Assembly (NCBI GenBank): GCA_963788415.1 | Contig: CAWBHO010000108.1 | Location: forward strand, 4,887-68,886 | From: an uncultured Acidobacteriaceae bacterium | Lineage (GTDB): Bacteria > Acidobacteriota > Terriglobia > Terriglobales > Acidobacteriaceae | Direction: 5' to 3' | DNA: 64,000 nt | In this document: positions 46,001-55,251 of the stretch, in pieces | How the letters are laid out: each line of letters opens with the position of its first letter | Numbering within the stretch: the first letter of the stretch is position 1 | The notes under the pieces: generated by a model | The model's input: only the letters and a program-made list of their open reading frames with translations | Told to the model about the DNA's origin: nothing | The model's database searches: none | Made by a program: the position numbers and the translations under genes

Positions 46001-46048
46001 AAGATCGCACCGCCAGAGGAAAACATGGAGAGCCTGCCGGAATCGTAG
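43043..46048 (+). CDS. ileS: Isoleucyl-tRNA synthetase (type 1)
   Basis: DGPPYANGPIHLGH, WTTTPWT, DWCISRQR, AMSKS, C-terminal CARC...CTRC zinc finger. Confidence 0.97.
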   Translation: MSPAPELKATLTLPQTTFPMKANLPQNEPLRLARWAELGLYAELRKAGVGRPSYLLHDGPPYANGPIHLGHALNKGLKDFVVKSKTMAGFDAPYVPGYDCHGLPIEIKVDEHLGRKKLEMPVPEVLAACRAYAQKYVDLQTSQFERIGCIGRWDKPYKTMSRDYEAHTLEAFYGFLEKGFVYRGLKPVYWCIHDRTALAEAEVEYAQHASPSIYVRYRLTSDPAAIDPALAGKQVSTIIWTTTPWTLPASMAVAFHPDFEYVALKATSGDPCCPKTEIYIVAAELAPSVAAECELKELQELARFKGSQLERVTFQHPFLERSILGVLATYVTADTGTGAVHTAPAHGADDFYTGVRYGIDPICRVDGSGRVHVDPEAWPLAAPPPFEGLKVWAANPVIVAMLEESGALLGLRDLEHSYPHCWRCHHPVIYRATEQWFIGMETPVQRADGSETTFRQQAIEEIDKVVWDPAWGKERITNMIATRPDWCISRQRIWGVPIAVFLCEACQKPILDAELNRRIVKLFEEHGAEAWHTTEISALLPANAHCAHCGGKDFRKETDILDVWFDSGTSWFAVCESDEDLSEIYKGFQNENGTKCLYLEGGDQHRGWFHSSLLTSVALRGRAPYSHVSTAGWTLDEQGRAMSKSLGNGVDPVDIANRLGGEIVRLWVASIDFREDMAASENLMQRCAEIYRKLRNTFRFLLGNLNGFDPAHAVAESKLLPLDRYMLARTRELTENILDWYERFEFHRVYHAVNDFAVIDLSNFYLDVLKDRMYTFAPTSHERRSAQTVLWRIAETLVRLVAPILSFTADEVWEHLPAVESREKSVHLALFPKPEEIFSENPVYLINEWKILFALRNAVLRAIEESRQNKSVGKSLDVDLHFYADDVMYDLFRKNGWNLAEFLKESFNVSKVFIHMAHGSLLNNLEQLANPPQGTEFLTNIAGLRAFVIPATGHKCARCWNFMPEVSNYGIWENVCTRCQEALKEMKIAPPEENMESLPES

Positions 46049-46074
46049 TTTGACAGGATTTGAATGGAACGCCG

Positions 46075-46141
46075 CAGGGGCTAAAGCCCATTGCTTTTCT
46101 GACTTTTTCGGCACGACTGAAGTCGTGCCCTGTTACAAAGC
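46075..46141 (+). repeat. Bipartite REP-like repeat, family R2
   Basis: CAGGGGCTAAAGCCC...TTCGGCACGACTGAAGTCGTGCCCTGTTACAAAGC. Confidence 0.8.
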
Positions 46142-46238
46142 GTTTTTGCCGGATATCGCAATGATCTGTGTGCCCCTGATCTCGATTTTGAGACCTGGGA
46201 TACCACGAACCTCAATCGACCGGCCCACAAGGAAGCTC

Positions 46239-46742
46239 ATGAAATTCGCTCCGCCCCGCCGCCTGCCGTGGCTGCTGCTCATCTCCGCCGTGGTCATCTT
46301 TCTGGATCGCCTGACCAAAACCTGGGTGGCAGAGCATATTCCCATGGGCGGCGCCATTCCCGTGGTGCCCCACGTTCTGCGCATCACGCACTGGACCAAC
46401 GATGGCGCGGCCTTCTCGCTCTTCGCCAACTCCGCCTCGCCGGATGCGGTGCGCTGGGCGCTGATCGGTTTTTCGCTTCTGGCGGCGCTGATCGTGCTGG
46501 TGCTCATGATCCGCCTGGGCAACCGCTTCACGCTCACCACCTTCGCGCTGGCGCTGATTCTGGCCGGTGCGTTGGGCAACGTCCACGACCGCATCGCGTA
46601 CGGCTCGGTGGTGGACTTCATCGAGGTCCACATCTTCAGCTACCACTGGCCCGACTTCAACCTGGCCGACTCGTCCATCGTCACCGGCGCCTGCCTGCTG
46701 CTGCTCGATTCCCTGCTGTCCAAGACAGGCCCAACACAATAA
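46239..46742 (+). CDS. lspA: Lipoprotein signal peptidase
   Basis: DRLTK, NDGAAFS, GALGNVHDR, VVDFI, FNLADS; follows ileS. Confidence 0.95.
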   Translation: MKFAPPRRLPWLLLISAVVIFLDRLTKTWVAEHIPMGGAIPVVPHVLRITHWTNDGAAFSLFANSASPDAVRWALIGFSLLAALIVLVLMIRLGNRFTLTTFALALILAGALGNVHDRIAYGSVVDFIEVHIFSYHWPDFNLADSSIVTGACLLLLDSLLSKTGPTQ

Positions 46743-46768
46743 GAACTCCAATTTTTCAGGAGTTTCTC

Positions 46769-49421
46769 ATGAAGATTTTCGGTTTCTCTCCCCGCATTTG
46801 CCGGTCGACCCGTGCCGGAATTGCAGCATCGGCGGCGTTTCTGTCGCTTTGCCTGGCCTGGGCCAGCCCGGCAACGGCCCAGCGGCTGCCGCAGACCGTT
46901 CGCCCCACGCACTACACGCTCACGCTCACGCCCGATCTGAAGGCCGCCACCTTCTCCGGCGTCGAGATCGATTGACGTGACGCTGGCCGAGCCGGCGAAC
47001 GCATCACGCTGAACGCCATCGAAATCGACTTCCAGAGCGTCACCGTGACCGCCGGCGGCAAGACAGCAAACGGCCACCGTCACGCTCGACAAAGAGAAGG
47101 AGCAGGCCACCTTCACCTTCCCGGAGCAGCTGCCCGCGGGCAAGGCCACGCTGGCCATTCACTACACCGGCATTCTGAACAACGAGCTGCGCGGCTTCTA
47201 TCTCTCCAAAGACCGCCCAGCGCAACTACGCCGTCACGCAGTTTGAATCCACCGACGCGCGCCGCGCCTTTCCCTGCTTCGACGAGCCGGCCTTCAAGGC
47301 CACTTACGACGTTACGCTGGTCATCGACGGCGGCGACACGGCCATCTCCAACGGCCCCATCGTCAGCGACACGCCCGGGCCCCGGCGCGGGCAAGCACAC
47401 GCTCCAGATTCCTCACCACGCCCAAGATGTCCACCTATCTGCGTCGCCTTCCTGGTCGGCGACTTCCAATGCACCGCGGGCGAGTCGGACGGCGTGACCA
47501 TCCGCGCCTGCGCCACGCCGGACAAGGTCGCGCTCACTCCCTACGCGCTCGAAGTCGCCGAGTAGGTGCTGCACTACTACAACAACTACTTCGGCATTCC
47601 CTATCCGCTCAAGAAGCTCGACCTGATCGCCCTGCCCGACTTCGAGGCCGGCGCGATGGAGAACTTCGGCGCCATCACCTATCGCGAGACCGACCTGCTG
47701 CTCGACCCCAAGACGGCCTCGGTCGGCGCCAAGAAGGAGGTGGCCCTGGTCGTCGCGCACGAGATGGCCCACCAGTGGTTCGGCGACCTGGTGACCATGC
47801 AGTGGTGGGACAACATCTGGCTCAACGAGGGCTTTGCCACCTGGATGGAGAACAAGGCCGTGGCGGCCATGCATCCGGAGTGGAATATCGACCAGATGGT
47901 GGCCTCCGACTGAAGACGGACGCTGGACCTGGACGCGCAGCCCACCACCCGCGCCATCCGCGCCAAGGCCGACACCCGCGAAGAGATCAACCAGATGTTC
48001 GACGGCATCTCCTACGGCAAGGCCGGCGCCGTGCTGCTGACGTGGAGAACTATCTCGGCGAGGAGACCTTCCGCCAGGGCGTGCACAACTATCTGGCCGC
48101 GCACCTATACGCGAACGCCACCGCGGAGGACTTCTGGGGCGCGCAGACCGCCACCAGCCACAAGCCGGTGGACAAGATCATGGAGAGCCTGGTCGCCCAG
48201 CCGGGCGAGCCGCTGCTGACCTTCGGCGAGCCGGCGCGACGGCAAGGTTGCAGTCGAGCCAGAAGCGCTTCTTCCTCAGCCCCAGCATCCAGCCCGACCC
48301 CGCGCAGAAGTGGACGCTGCCGGTTTGCTTCAAGACCGGCCGACGGGCCAGGAGTGCCAGCTGCTACTCCCGCCGAAGCCACGCTGAACGTTCCCGCCGG
48401 CGGACTCTTCTTCGCCAACGCCGGCGGCAAGGGCTACTATCGCAGCGCCTATCCGCCCAGCGTTTATGCAGCGCTGGTGGCGCAGCGTGGAAACCGGACT
48501 GACGCCCGACCGAGCGCATCAGCCTGATCGGCGACGAGTGGGCGCAGGTGCGCGCCAACAAGGCTCCCGTCGGCGACTATCTGGACCTGGTGGCCGCCGT
48601 CAAAGCCGACCCCAACGCGGAGGTGGTCGAACGCAGCCTATGGCGGCGTCAACTGCCATCTACGACGCAGATTGCGGCCACCGCCGGAGGAGAAGGCCGC
48701 GCTCGCGGCCTGGATTCGCTCGACCTTTGCGCCGGAGTACGCCAAGGCTCGGCGCGCCGTCCAGCAGCGACTCGGCCAACACCCGCGAATTGCGCGCCCA
48801 GCTCTTCAGCGTGCTCGGCTACTACGGCAAGGATCCCGCCGTGCTGGCCCAGGCCCGCCAGATTGCGGAGAAGTATCTGGCCGATCCCGCCTCCGTCGAT
48901 CCCACCCTGGGCCAGACCGCCCTCGCCATCGCCGCACGAAAACGGCGACGCCGCACTCTTTGACCAGTTGCAGAAGGTCTACGAAACCTCGACCAACCCC
49001 GAGTTCCAGGAGGGCGCGCTGCGCCTGCTGGCGCAGTTTGAAGACCCCGCCCTGGTTGAGCGCGCGCTGGACTACGCCGTCTCCGGCAAGGTCCGCAACC
49101 AGGACGCGGCCATCCAGTTCGCCATCGCCCTGCAGATTCGCCGAAACCCGCGACCAGGCCTGGAAGTACATTCAGGACAACTGGGACAAGGTGCAGGCGC
49201 AGTTGACCACCGAGATGGGTGCAGTGCTGGTCGGTTCCACGGGCAGCTTCTGCTCGGCCGACGAACGCGACAGCGTGGAGAAATTCTTCGCCACGCACAA
49301 GGTCGCTTCTTCGGACAAATCCCTCGAGCACGCCATCGAGCGCATCAACGGCTGCATCGAACTGCGCAAGTTGCAGGAGCCGAAGCTGAAGCAGTGGCTG
49401 GCTGCGCAGCCTGGGCTGTAG
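46769..49421 (+). CDS. M1-family aminopeptidase, secreted (many indels and premature stops)
   Basis: [52 protein letters not shown] spread over shifting frames. Confidence 0.85.
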
Positions 49422-49535
49422 CGCATTTCTCCTGAAAGTATAAAGTCTGGGTGCCCCACCCTCGCCGCGTTCTTGTTTTTGCGGCTAGGGTGGGATACAA
49501 AATGCCCACTCGATGGAAAGAGGAGAAATGTTCTA
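49419..49535 (+). mobile_element. MITE-like element carrying an R1 hairpin, copy 1
   Basis: TIR TAGCGCATTTCTCCT / AGGAGAAATGTTCTA. Confidence 0.7.
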
Positions 49536-49693
49536 GATTCCGCACGAAAACCGGGCATTTCAGATTTCGATTCCGAGATCTGGAATGCCGCACCAAGCCG
49601 GCGCACCATCACTCCCGGCGTTTTTCGCAGGAAAACAGAATCAACAAGCCGCAATTTTCAGCTTTCCAGCCCTGATTCGCTACCATAAGACTG

Positions 49694-50398
49694 ATGCCGC
49701 AATTTCCTTCGGGCCAGACCCTGCTGATCGACGCCGACGATACGCTCTGGGAAAATAACGTCTACTTCGAGCGCGCCATCGCCGCGTTCATCAGCTACCT
49801 GAACCACCACCAGTACTCGCCCGCCGAGGTACGCGCTGAGCTGAACGCCGTCGAACGCGAGACCATCCTGGCGCATGGCTACGGCCTCACCAGCTTTACC
49901 CGCTCACTGGTCACCTGCTTTGAGAGGCTCAGCCCCGCACCCGTCACGGAAGAAAAGCGGCGGCGCATCCGGGGTTTTGCGGCCTCCATCGCCGACGAGG
50001 AGATCGAGCTGCTGCCCGGCGTCTCCGACACCCTGGCCGAGCTGGCCACGCGCCACCGGCTCATCCTGATGACCAAGGGCGACCCCGTCGAACAAGCCGG
50101 AAAGCTGGAGATCTCCGGCCTGGCCAGCTATTTTTCCGCCGTTGAGATTGTCCCGGAAAAAGACCCCGCGGCCTACCGCGAAGTCCTGGATCGCCATGCA
50201 TTGGCCGCTTCCGCCAGTTGGATGATCGGCAACAGTCCGAAGAGCGACATCAACCCGGCTCTCGCGGCCGGCCTCAACGCTGTTTTTCTCTTCCACAAGG
50301 ACACATGGGTGCTGGAGCACGCCACGCTCGACCCGGCGCCCGAAGGCCAGCAGTTGCTCGAACTTGATTCCTTCGCCAAGCTCTGCACTCTTTTTTGA
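49694..50398 (+). CDS. HAD-family hydrolase
   Basis: LIDADDTLWENN, MTKGD, EK, WMIGNSPKSDINP. Confidence 0.88.
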   Translation: MPQFPSGQTLLIDADDTLWENNVYFERAIAAFISYLNHHQYSPAEVRAELNAVERETILAHGYGLTSFTRSLVTCFERLSPAPVTEEKRRRIRGFAASIADEEIELLPGVSDTLAELATRHRLILMTKGDPVEQAGKLEISGLASYFSAVEIVPEKDPAAYREVLDRHALAASASWMIGNSPKSDINPALAAGLNAVFLFHKDTWVLEHATLDPAPEGQQLLELDSFAKLCTLF

Positions 50399-50447
50399 GC
50401 GGAGCGCGTCTTTAATCCGCAAATCCAGCGGCCACGGACGCCAAGCA

Positions 50448-50477
50448 AAAGGGGATGGGCTCAAGCCCATCCCCTTT
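50448..50477. terminator. Bidirectional terminator between convergent genes
   Basis: AAAGGGGATGGGC-TCAA-GCCCATCCCCTTT. Confidence 0.7.
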
Positions 50478-50597
50478 AGAGCATTTTCTCTTCTCGCTAC
50501 AGAAGAGTGGACTTCTTGCATCCCACCCTGGTCACAAAAACAGGAACGTGGCGAGGGTGGGGCACCCAGACTTTATACCTTCAGGACAAATGCTTCG
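50477..50597 (-). mobile_element. MITE-like element carrying an R1 hairpin, copy 2 (inverted)
   Basis: TAGAGCATTTTCTC left end; ~75 bp closely matches the reverse complement of 49423-49500. Confidence 0.7.
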
Positions 50598-50621
50598 AAA
50601 ACCAAGTTCTTCGACAAGTTT

Positions 50622-51224
50622 TTAGAAGTGATACGCTACGCCGATGGCCGGCACGTAGATGTTGTACCACTTGTTGGTGTTGTAAGGCGAGTAGTTGAAG
50701 GTTGGCACCTTGGTGATCATGCCGCGGTACTCGGCGCGAATGTCGAAGCTGGGACTGATCTCGTAGGCAACGCCGGCGCCATAGATGAAGCCAATGTCGG
50801 TCTGCTGCTTGACATCCAGGCTCTGCGTGCCGGAGTTGCGGATGGGCACGAAGATGAATGCGCCCGGACCGGCCTCGACAAAAGGATTGAACTTGCGGTA
50901 GTTGAAGCTGCGGACGTAAGCCGCCGAGATCTCCTGGGTGCGGGCCAGCACGTTGACGTTGTCGGGATTCACCGAGTAGTGGATCTTGTTCTGGTAGGTG
51001 ATTCCGTAGTTGGCCTCGATGGCGCTCGACGGAGTGAGCATGAACCGGTAGCTCACCAACGCGCCATAGGCGGTGGTCGAGTGAACGTAGACGTCCGTTG
51101 ACGAGGCGATAAACGGCTCGATCAGCGCCGTGCCGCTGAGGCTGACGTCCTGGCGGCTTTCCTGGGCGCGGCCTGCGACCGCGCATACGGTCAGCAGAAA
51201 TGCAATGATGGCGATCTTCTTCAT
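50622..51224 (-). CDS. Outer-membrane beta-barrel protein
   Basis: Signal peptide, amphipathic strands, C-terminal GVAYHF. Confidence 0.85.
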   Translation of the reverse strand: MKKIAIIAFLLTVCAVAGRAQESRQDVSLSGTALIEPFIASSTDVYVHSTTAYGALVSYRFMLTPSSAIEANYGITYQNKIHYSVNPDNVNVLARTQEISAAYVRSFNYRKFNPFVEAGPGAFIFVPIRNSGTQSLDVKQQTDIGFIYGAGVAYEISPSFDIRAEYRGMITKVPTFNYSPYNTNKWYNIYVPAIGVAYHF

Positions 51225-51554
51225 TCTGTCCTGAACCTCACGACTGCTCAACCGTCCGGCTGGCAACGAGCTTGTCGATTCCGGTGCGCCGGTTCGAGCC
51301 GGGCCCCACTCTCAGCATTGTAACTGGCCGGGGCGGTCTGTGGCAGCATTCGCTCGCCTGGAACCATCTGAGGCGATGGTCGCAGGGGAAAATGACCTGT
51401 GCCACGGGTGGGCGGAATCTCCGGGAGTGTGTCCGGCTCCGGGATGAAAAGCGCCGAACTGAAGGAGGAGCCGGGGAAAGAGTGAAGTTTTTCGCACTCA
51501 AAACGAGATTCAGAGCGCCCGCCTGGCTCCGAACGCCCCGCATTTTGGAATTCT

Positions 51555-52478
51555 TCAGCCGGATCGCTCCGCGTGGTAGTGGAACGGCGAGCCCTGTTCC
51601 TGGGCCAGAAGCCGGACGGTGCCCAGAAATGCCCGGGCCGCATAGGAGAGCGTGGCCTGCCGGCGATAAACCAGGCGCAGCACGCGTTTGACTTCCAACT
51701 CGTCCACCGGCACGCGCACCAGATCCCCGGTCTCCAGTTCCCTGGCCACGGTCAGGTGCGGCACCAGCGCCACTCCATTGCCCATGGCCACAAACCGCTT
51801 GATGGCCTCGATGGTGGGCAGCTCGATGCCCATGTTCAGAGGGGTTCTGTACTTTTGAAAGGCCTCGATCACCCGCCGCCGCAAGGGCGAAGCCACGTTG
51901 TGGGCAATGAAGACCTCTTTTCCCAAGTCGTTGATCGAGAGCCGCTTGGCCCCGGCGAGCCGGTGGCCGGGGTTGAGGATGAAGGCCAGGCTGTCAGCGT
52001 AAACGGCGATCGAGCGAAACTGCGCCGGGTCGGGACGGAAGGAGACCACCCCCATCTCGAAGGTGCGCAGATTCAGCTCCTCGGGAATATGCGAGGCGAG
52101 CATTCGATGGACCGCAACGCTGATACCGGGAAACTCGCGCCGGAAACGGTCGATGGCCTGCAACAGGTACATGCAGGTGTACTCGTTGGCCGCCAGTTGC
52201 AGACGCCCGCGCTCCAGGCTTTTCAGCTCGCCCAGCGCACTGGCCGCCTCGCGGCGCAACGCCAGCAGTCGGAGCGCATAGTCGCGCAAGAGCACCCCGG
52301 CCGCGGTCAACGAGCCGTCCCGCGCCGCACGGTCGAAGAGCGTCTCGCCCACGGACGCCTCCAGTTTGCGGATGACCTGGCTGATGGCCGGCTGGGTGCG
52401 ATGAAGCCGCACGGCCGCGCGCGAAAAACTGTGTTCCTCGGCCACCGCGAGAAACGTTTCCAGTTGGTTCAGTTCCAT
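51555..52478 (-). CDS. LysR-family regulator divergent from leu/ilv operon
   Basis: QLETFLAVAEEHSFSRAA, TQPAISQVIRKLE, IEAIKRFVAMGNG. Confidence 0.93.
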   Translation of the reverse strand: MELNQLETFLAVAEEHSFSRAAVRLHRTQPAISQVIRKLEASVGETLFDRAARDGSLTAAGVLLRDYALRLLALRREAASALGELKSLERGRLQLAANEYTCMYLLQAIDRFRREFPGISVAVHRMLASHIPEELNLRTFEMGVVSFRPDPAQFRSIAVYADSLAFILNPGHRLAGAKRLSINDLGKEVFIAHNVASPLRRRVIEAFQKYRTPLNMGIELPTIEAIKRFVAMGNGVALVPHLTVARELETGDLVRVPVDELEVKRVLRLVYRRQATLSYAARAFLGTVRLLAQEQGSPFHYHAERSG

Positions 52479-52495
52479 AAGAACCCCCGAAAAGA

Positions 52496-52638
52496 AGCCT
52501 CTAGCTGCTAGCCGCTAGCTTGGCCTGCGCGCCGCGGGCCGTTGACAGGCTGACGCCGGTTTGTCGCGCGAGGCGCTTCAGAAAGCGAATCGCGCGAGCC
52601 CTGTGCGGCTAGCAGATAGAGGCTAGGAGCTAGAAGCT
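52496..52638. repeat. Inverted tandem-heptamer element B, in lysR leader
   Basis: Left AGCCTCT-AGCTGCT-AGCCGCT-AGCT; right GGCTAGC-AGATAGA-GGCTAGG-AGCTAGA-AGCT. Confidence 0.82.
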
Positions 52639-52648
52639 GTTTTCCATC

Positions 52649-52663
52649 ATAAGCAATTCTAAT
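52649..52663. promoter_or_regulatory. Putative LysR T-N11-A box
   Basis: ATAAG-CAATT-CTAAT imperfect dyad in the AT-rich divergent promoter region. Confidence 0.5.
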
Positions 52664-52753
52664 CGCCACTCCAATAATAATAACTTTGCCTTATGCGATG
52701 AAGTGCGAAACACTGTAAGCGTTGGCAGAATCTTCCCTGCGAGGTGGACCCAC

Positions 52754-53950
52754 ATGATTCCGAACAGCATTGTCTTCTTCGACACCACTCTGCGCGACGG
52801 CGAGCAATCCCCCGGATGCAGCATGACAACCCAGGAAAAGCTCACCATGGCTCACGCTCTGGAGGAGTTGGGCGTGGACATCATCGAGGCCGGCTTTGCG
52901 ATGGCCTCGGAGGGCGACTTTGCGGCCATCGCCACCATCACCCAGGCGATTCGCAAGCCGCGCATCACCTCGCTGGCCCGCGCCAAGGCCGAGGATATCG
53001 AGATGGCGGCGCGCGCGCTGCATTTCGCCGATCGCGCCCGCATCCACGTCTTTTTGGCCGCGAGCGACCTGCATCTGGAGTACAAGCTGAAGATGAGCCG
53101 CCAGCAGGCCCTGGACCAGACCGCTGAATCGGTGCGCCTGGCTCGCTCGCTGGTGGACGATGTCGAGTTTTCGCCCGAGGACGCCACCCGCTCGGAGCGC
53201 AATTTTCTGGTAGAGATGGTACGCGTGGCTGTCGAAGCCGGCGCGACGACGATCAATATGCCCGACACCGTGGGCTACTCGACGCCGGAAGAGTACGGCC
53301 GCATGTTCGCCGAGGTGCGTGAGCGTATCCCGGCCATCGACGAGCAGGGCGTGATTCTTTCCGCGCATTGCCATGACGACCTGGGGCTGGCCGTGGCCAA
53401 CTCGCTGGCCGCCATCCAGAACGGCGCCCGGCAGGTGGAATGCACCATCAACGGCATCGGCGAGAGGGCCGGCAATGCGGCTCTGGAAGAGCTTGCCGCG
53501 GTGCTTTATGTGCGCGCAGACCGCTACAACCTTACTTCCAGCATCAATCTGAGCCAGATCTACCCCACCAGCCAGATCCTGGGCCAGATCATCACTTTCC
53601 GCCCCTCGCCCAACAAGGCGGTGGTGGGCGACAATGCATTTGCCCACGAGTCTGGCATTCACCAGCACGGCATGTTGGCCAACCCGCTCTGCTACGAGAT
53701 CATGACCCCGGCTCTGGTGGGCGTGGCCAAGACGCATCTGGTGCTGGGCAAGCACTCCGGCCGCGCGGCGCTCAGGCACCGGCTTGAACAGCTGGGCTTT
53801 ACCCTCACCCGCGATGAGTTGCAGCACGCCTACTACCGCTTTGTGGCGCTGGCTGACCGCAAGAAGAACATCTACGACTATGATTTAGTCAGCCTGGTGC
53901 CCGATCAGCTTCGCGAGCGCCGCCTGGAGCCGGTCTCTGAACTTGGCTAA
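52754..53950 (+). CDS. leuA: 2-isopropylmalate synthase, short form (398 aa)
   Basis: DTTLRDGEQSPG, HCHDDLG, NGIGERAGN, HESGIHQHG, LGKHSG; ends before the regulatory domain. Confidence 0.92.
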   Translation: MIPNSIVFFDTTLRDGEQSPGCSMTTQEKLTMAHALEELGVDIIEAGFAMASEGDFAAIATITQAIRKPRITSLARAKAEDIEMAARALHFADRARIHVFLAASDLHLEYKLKMSRQQALDQTAESVRLARSLVDDVEFSPEDATRSERNFLVEMVRVAVEAGATTINMPDTVGYSTPEEYGRMFAEVRERIPAIDEQGVILSAHCHDDLGLAVANSLAAIQNGARQVECTINGIGERAGNAALEELAAVLYVRADRYNLTSSINLSQIYPTSQILGQIITFRPSPNKAVVGDNAFAHESGIHQHGMLANPLCYEIMTPALVGVAKTHLVLGKHSGRAALRHRLEQLGFTLTRDELQHAYYRFVALADRKKNIYDYDLVSLVPDQLRERRLEPVSELG

Positions 53951-54022
53951 GCAGCCGCCAGCCGGATCGAGCGGGCAGGCAAAGAGGAAAATTCTATCCA
54001 ATCGAAAGCGAAGAGAGCACCC

Positions 54023-55117
54023 ATGAAGCTGAAGATTCTGGTCACCGCCGGCGACGGCATCGGTCCCGAAGTTACTTGCGAAGCAGTCGCTGTGTTACAG
54101 GAAGTTGCGTCCCTGGGCGGCCACAAACTGGAGATCGGCGAAGAGCGCATTGGCGGCGTGGCCATCGTCCGCGACGGCACGCCGCTGCCCGCCGCCACAG
54201 TGGCCGCCGCGCTCGACTCCGACGCTGTTTTCCTGGGCGCGGTGGGCGGCAACGAGTTCAATTCCCTCACCCCCGACAAGCGTCCCGAGGCCGGCCTGCT
54301 GGGGCTGCGCGCCGCACTCGGCGGATTCGCCAACCTACGCCCGGCGTTCGCCTTCAAGGAGCTGGCCGTCAATAGCCCGCTGCGGCCGGAGATCATCGAC
54401 GGCGTGGATATTCTGTTTGTGCGCGAGCTGCTGGGCGGCGCTTACTTCGGCAAGCCTCGCGAGTGGAACAAGGAGACGGGCGTCGGCTACAACACGATGA
54501 TTTACACGCGCGATGAAGTGGCCCGCGTGGCCCGCATCGCCTTTCAACTGGCCCAGAAGCGGCGCAAGAAGCTTTGCAGCGTGGACAAAGCCAACGTGCT
54601 CGAAGTCTCGCAACTGTGGCGCGCGACGGTCGTGGAAGTGGCCGCGGAGTTTCCGGACGTGGCCGTCGAACACCAATACGTGGACGCCATGGCCATGCAC
54701 CTGATGAACCGCCCGCGCGATTTCGACGTGGTGGTCACGGAGAATCTTTTTGGCGACATCCTGACCGACGAATCCGGCGTCATCACTGGCTCGCTGGGCA
54801 TGCTGCCTTCGGCCACCGTCGGCGGCAAGGTGAATTTGTACGAGCCGGTACATGGGTCGGCGCCGGACATTGCCGGCAAGGGGCTGGCCAATCCGCTGGG
54901 CGCGATTCTGACCGGAGCGCTGATTCTGCGCCACACGGGCGGGCTGGAGGAAGAAGCCGCGGCCATCGAGAAGGCGGTGCGCAAGGTGCTCGAACAGGGC
55001 TTCCGCACGCCGGATCTGGCGCGTGGCAATGCACAGGGGCTCACGGTGCTTTCGACCACGGAGATGGGCGCGAAGGTGCGCGAGACGGTCAAGCAGCTTC
55101 TAGCTTCTAGCTTCTAG
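54023..55117 (+). CDS. leuB: 3-isopropylmalate dehydrogenase
   Basis: [40 protein letters not shown]. Confidence 0.96.
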   Translation: MKLKILVTAGDGIGPEVTCEAVAVLQEVASLGGHKLEIGEERIGGVAIVRDGTPLPAATVAAALDSDAVFLGAVGGNEFNSLTPDKRPEAGLLGLRAALGGFANLRPAFAFKELAVNSPLRPEIIDGVDILFVRELLGGAYFGKPREWNKETGVGYNTMIYTRDEVARVARIAFQLAQKRRKKLCSVDKANVLEVSQLWRATVVEVAAEFPDVAVEHQYVDAMAMHLMNRPRDFDVVVTENLFGDILTDESGVITGSLGMLPSATVGGKVNLYEPVHGSAPDIAGKGLANPLGAILTGALILRHTGGLEEEAAAIEKAVRKVLEQGFRTPDLARGNAQGLTVLSTTEMGAKVRETVKQLLASSF

Positions 55118-55240
55118 CTTCCAGCCTTTTGGTCGCCGGTGGAAGATGATTCGGCAAATAGAAATGGAACGGAAGATCGGGAAGAGCATTTTTGCACGGC
55201 AGTACAAGCTAGTAGCTAGAAGCTAGAGGCTGGTAGCTGA
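55095..55240. repeat. Inverted tandem-heptamer element C, leuB-leuC
   Basis: Left (AGCTTCT)x3-AGCTTCC; right AGCTAGT-AGCTAGA-AGCTAGA-GGCTGGT-AGCTGA then AGGAG. Confidence 0.88.
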
Positions 55241-55251
55241 ACAGGAGTTTC

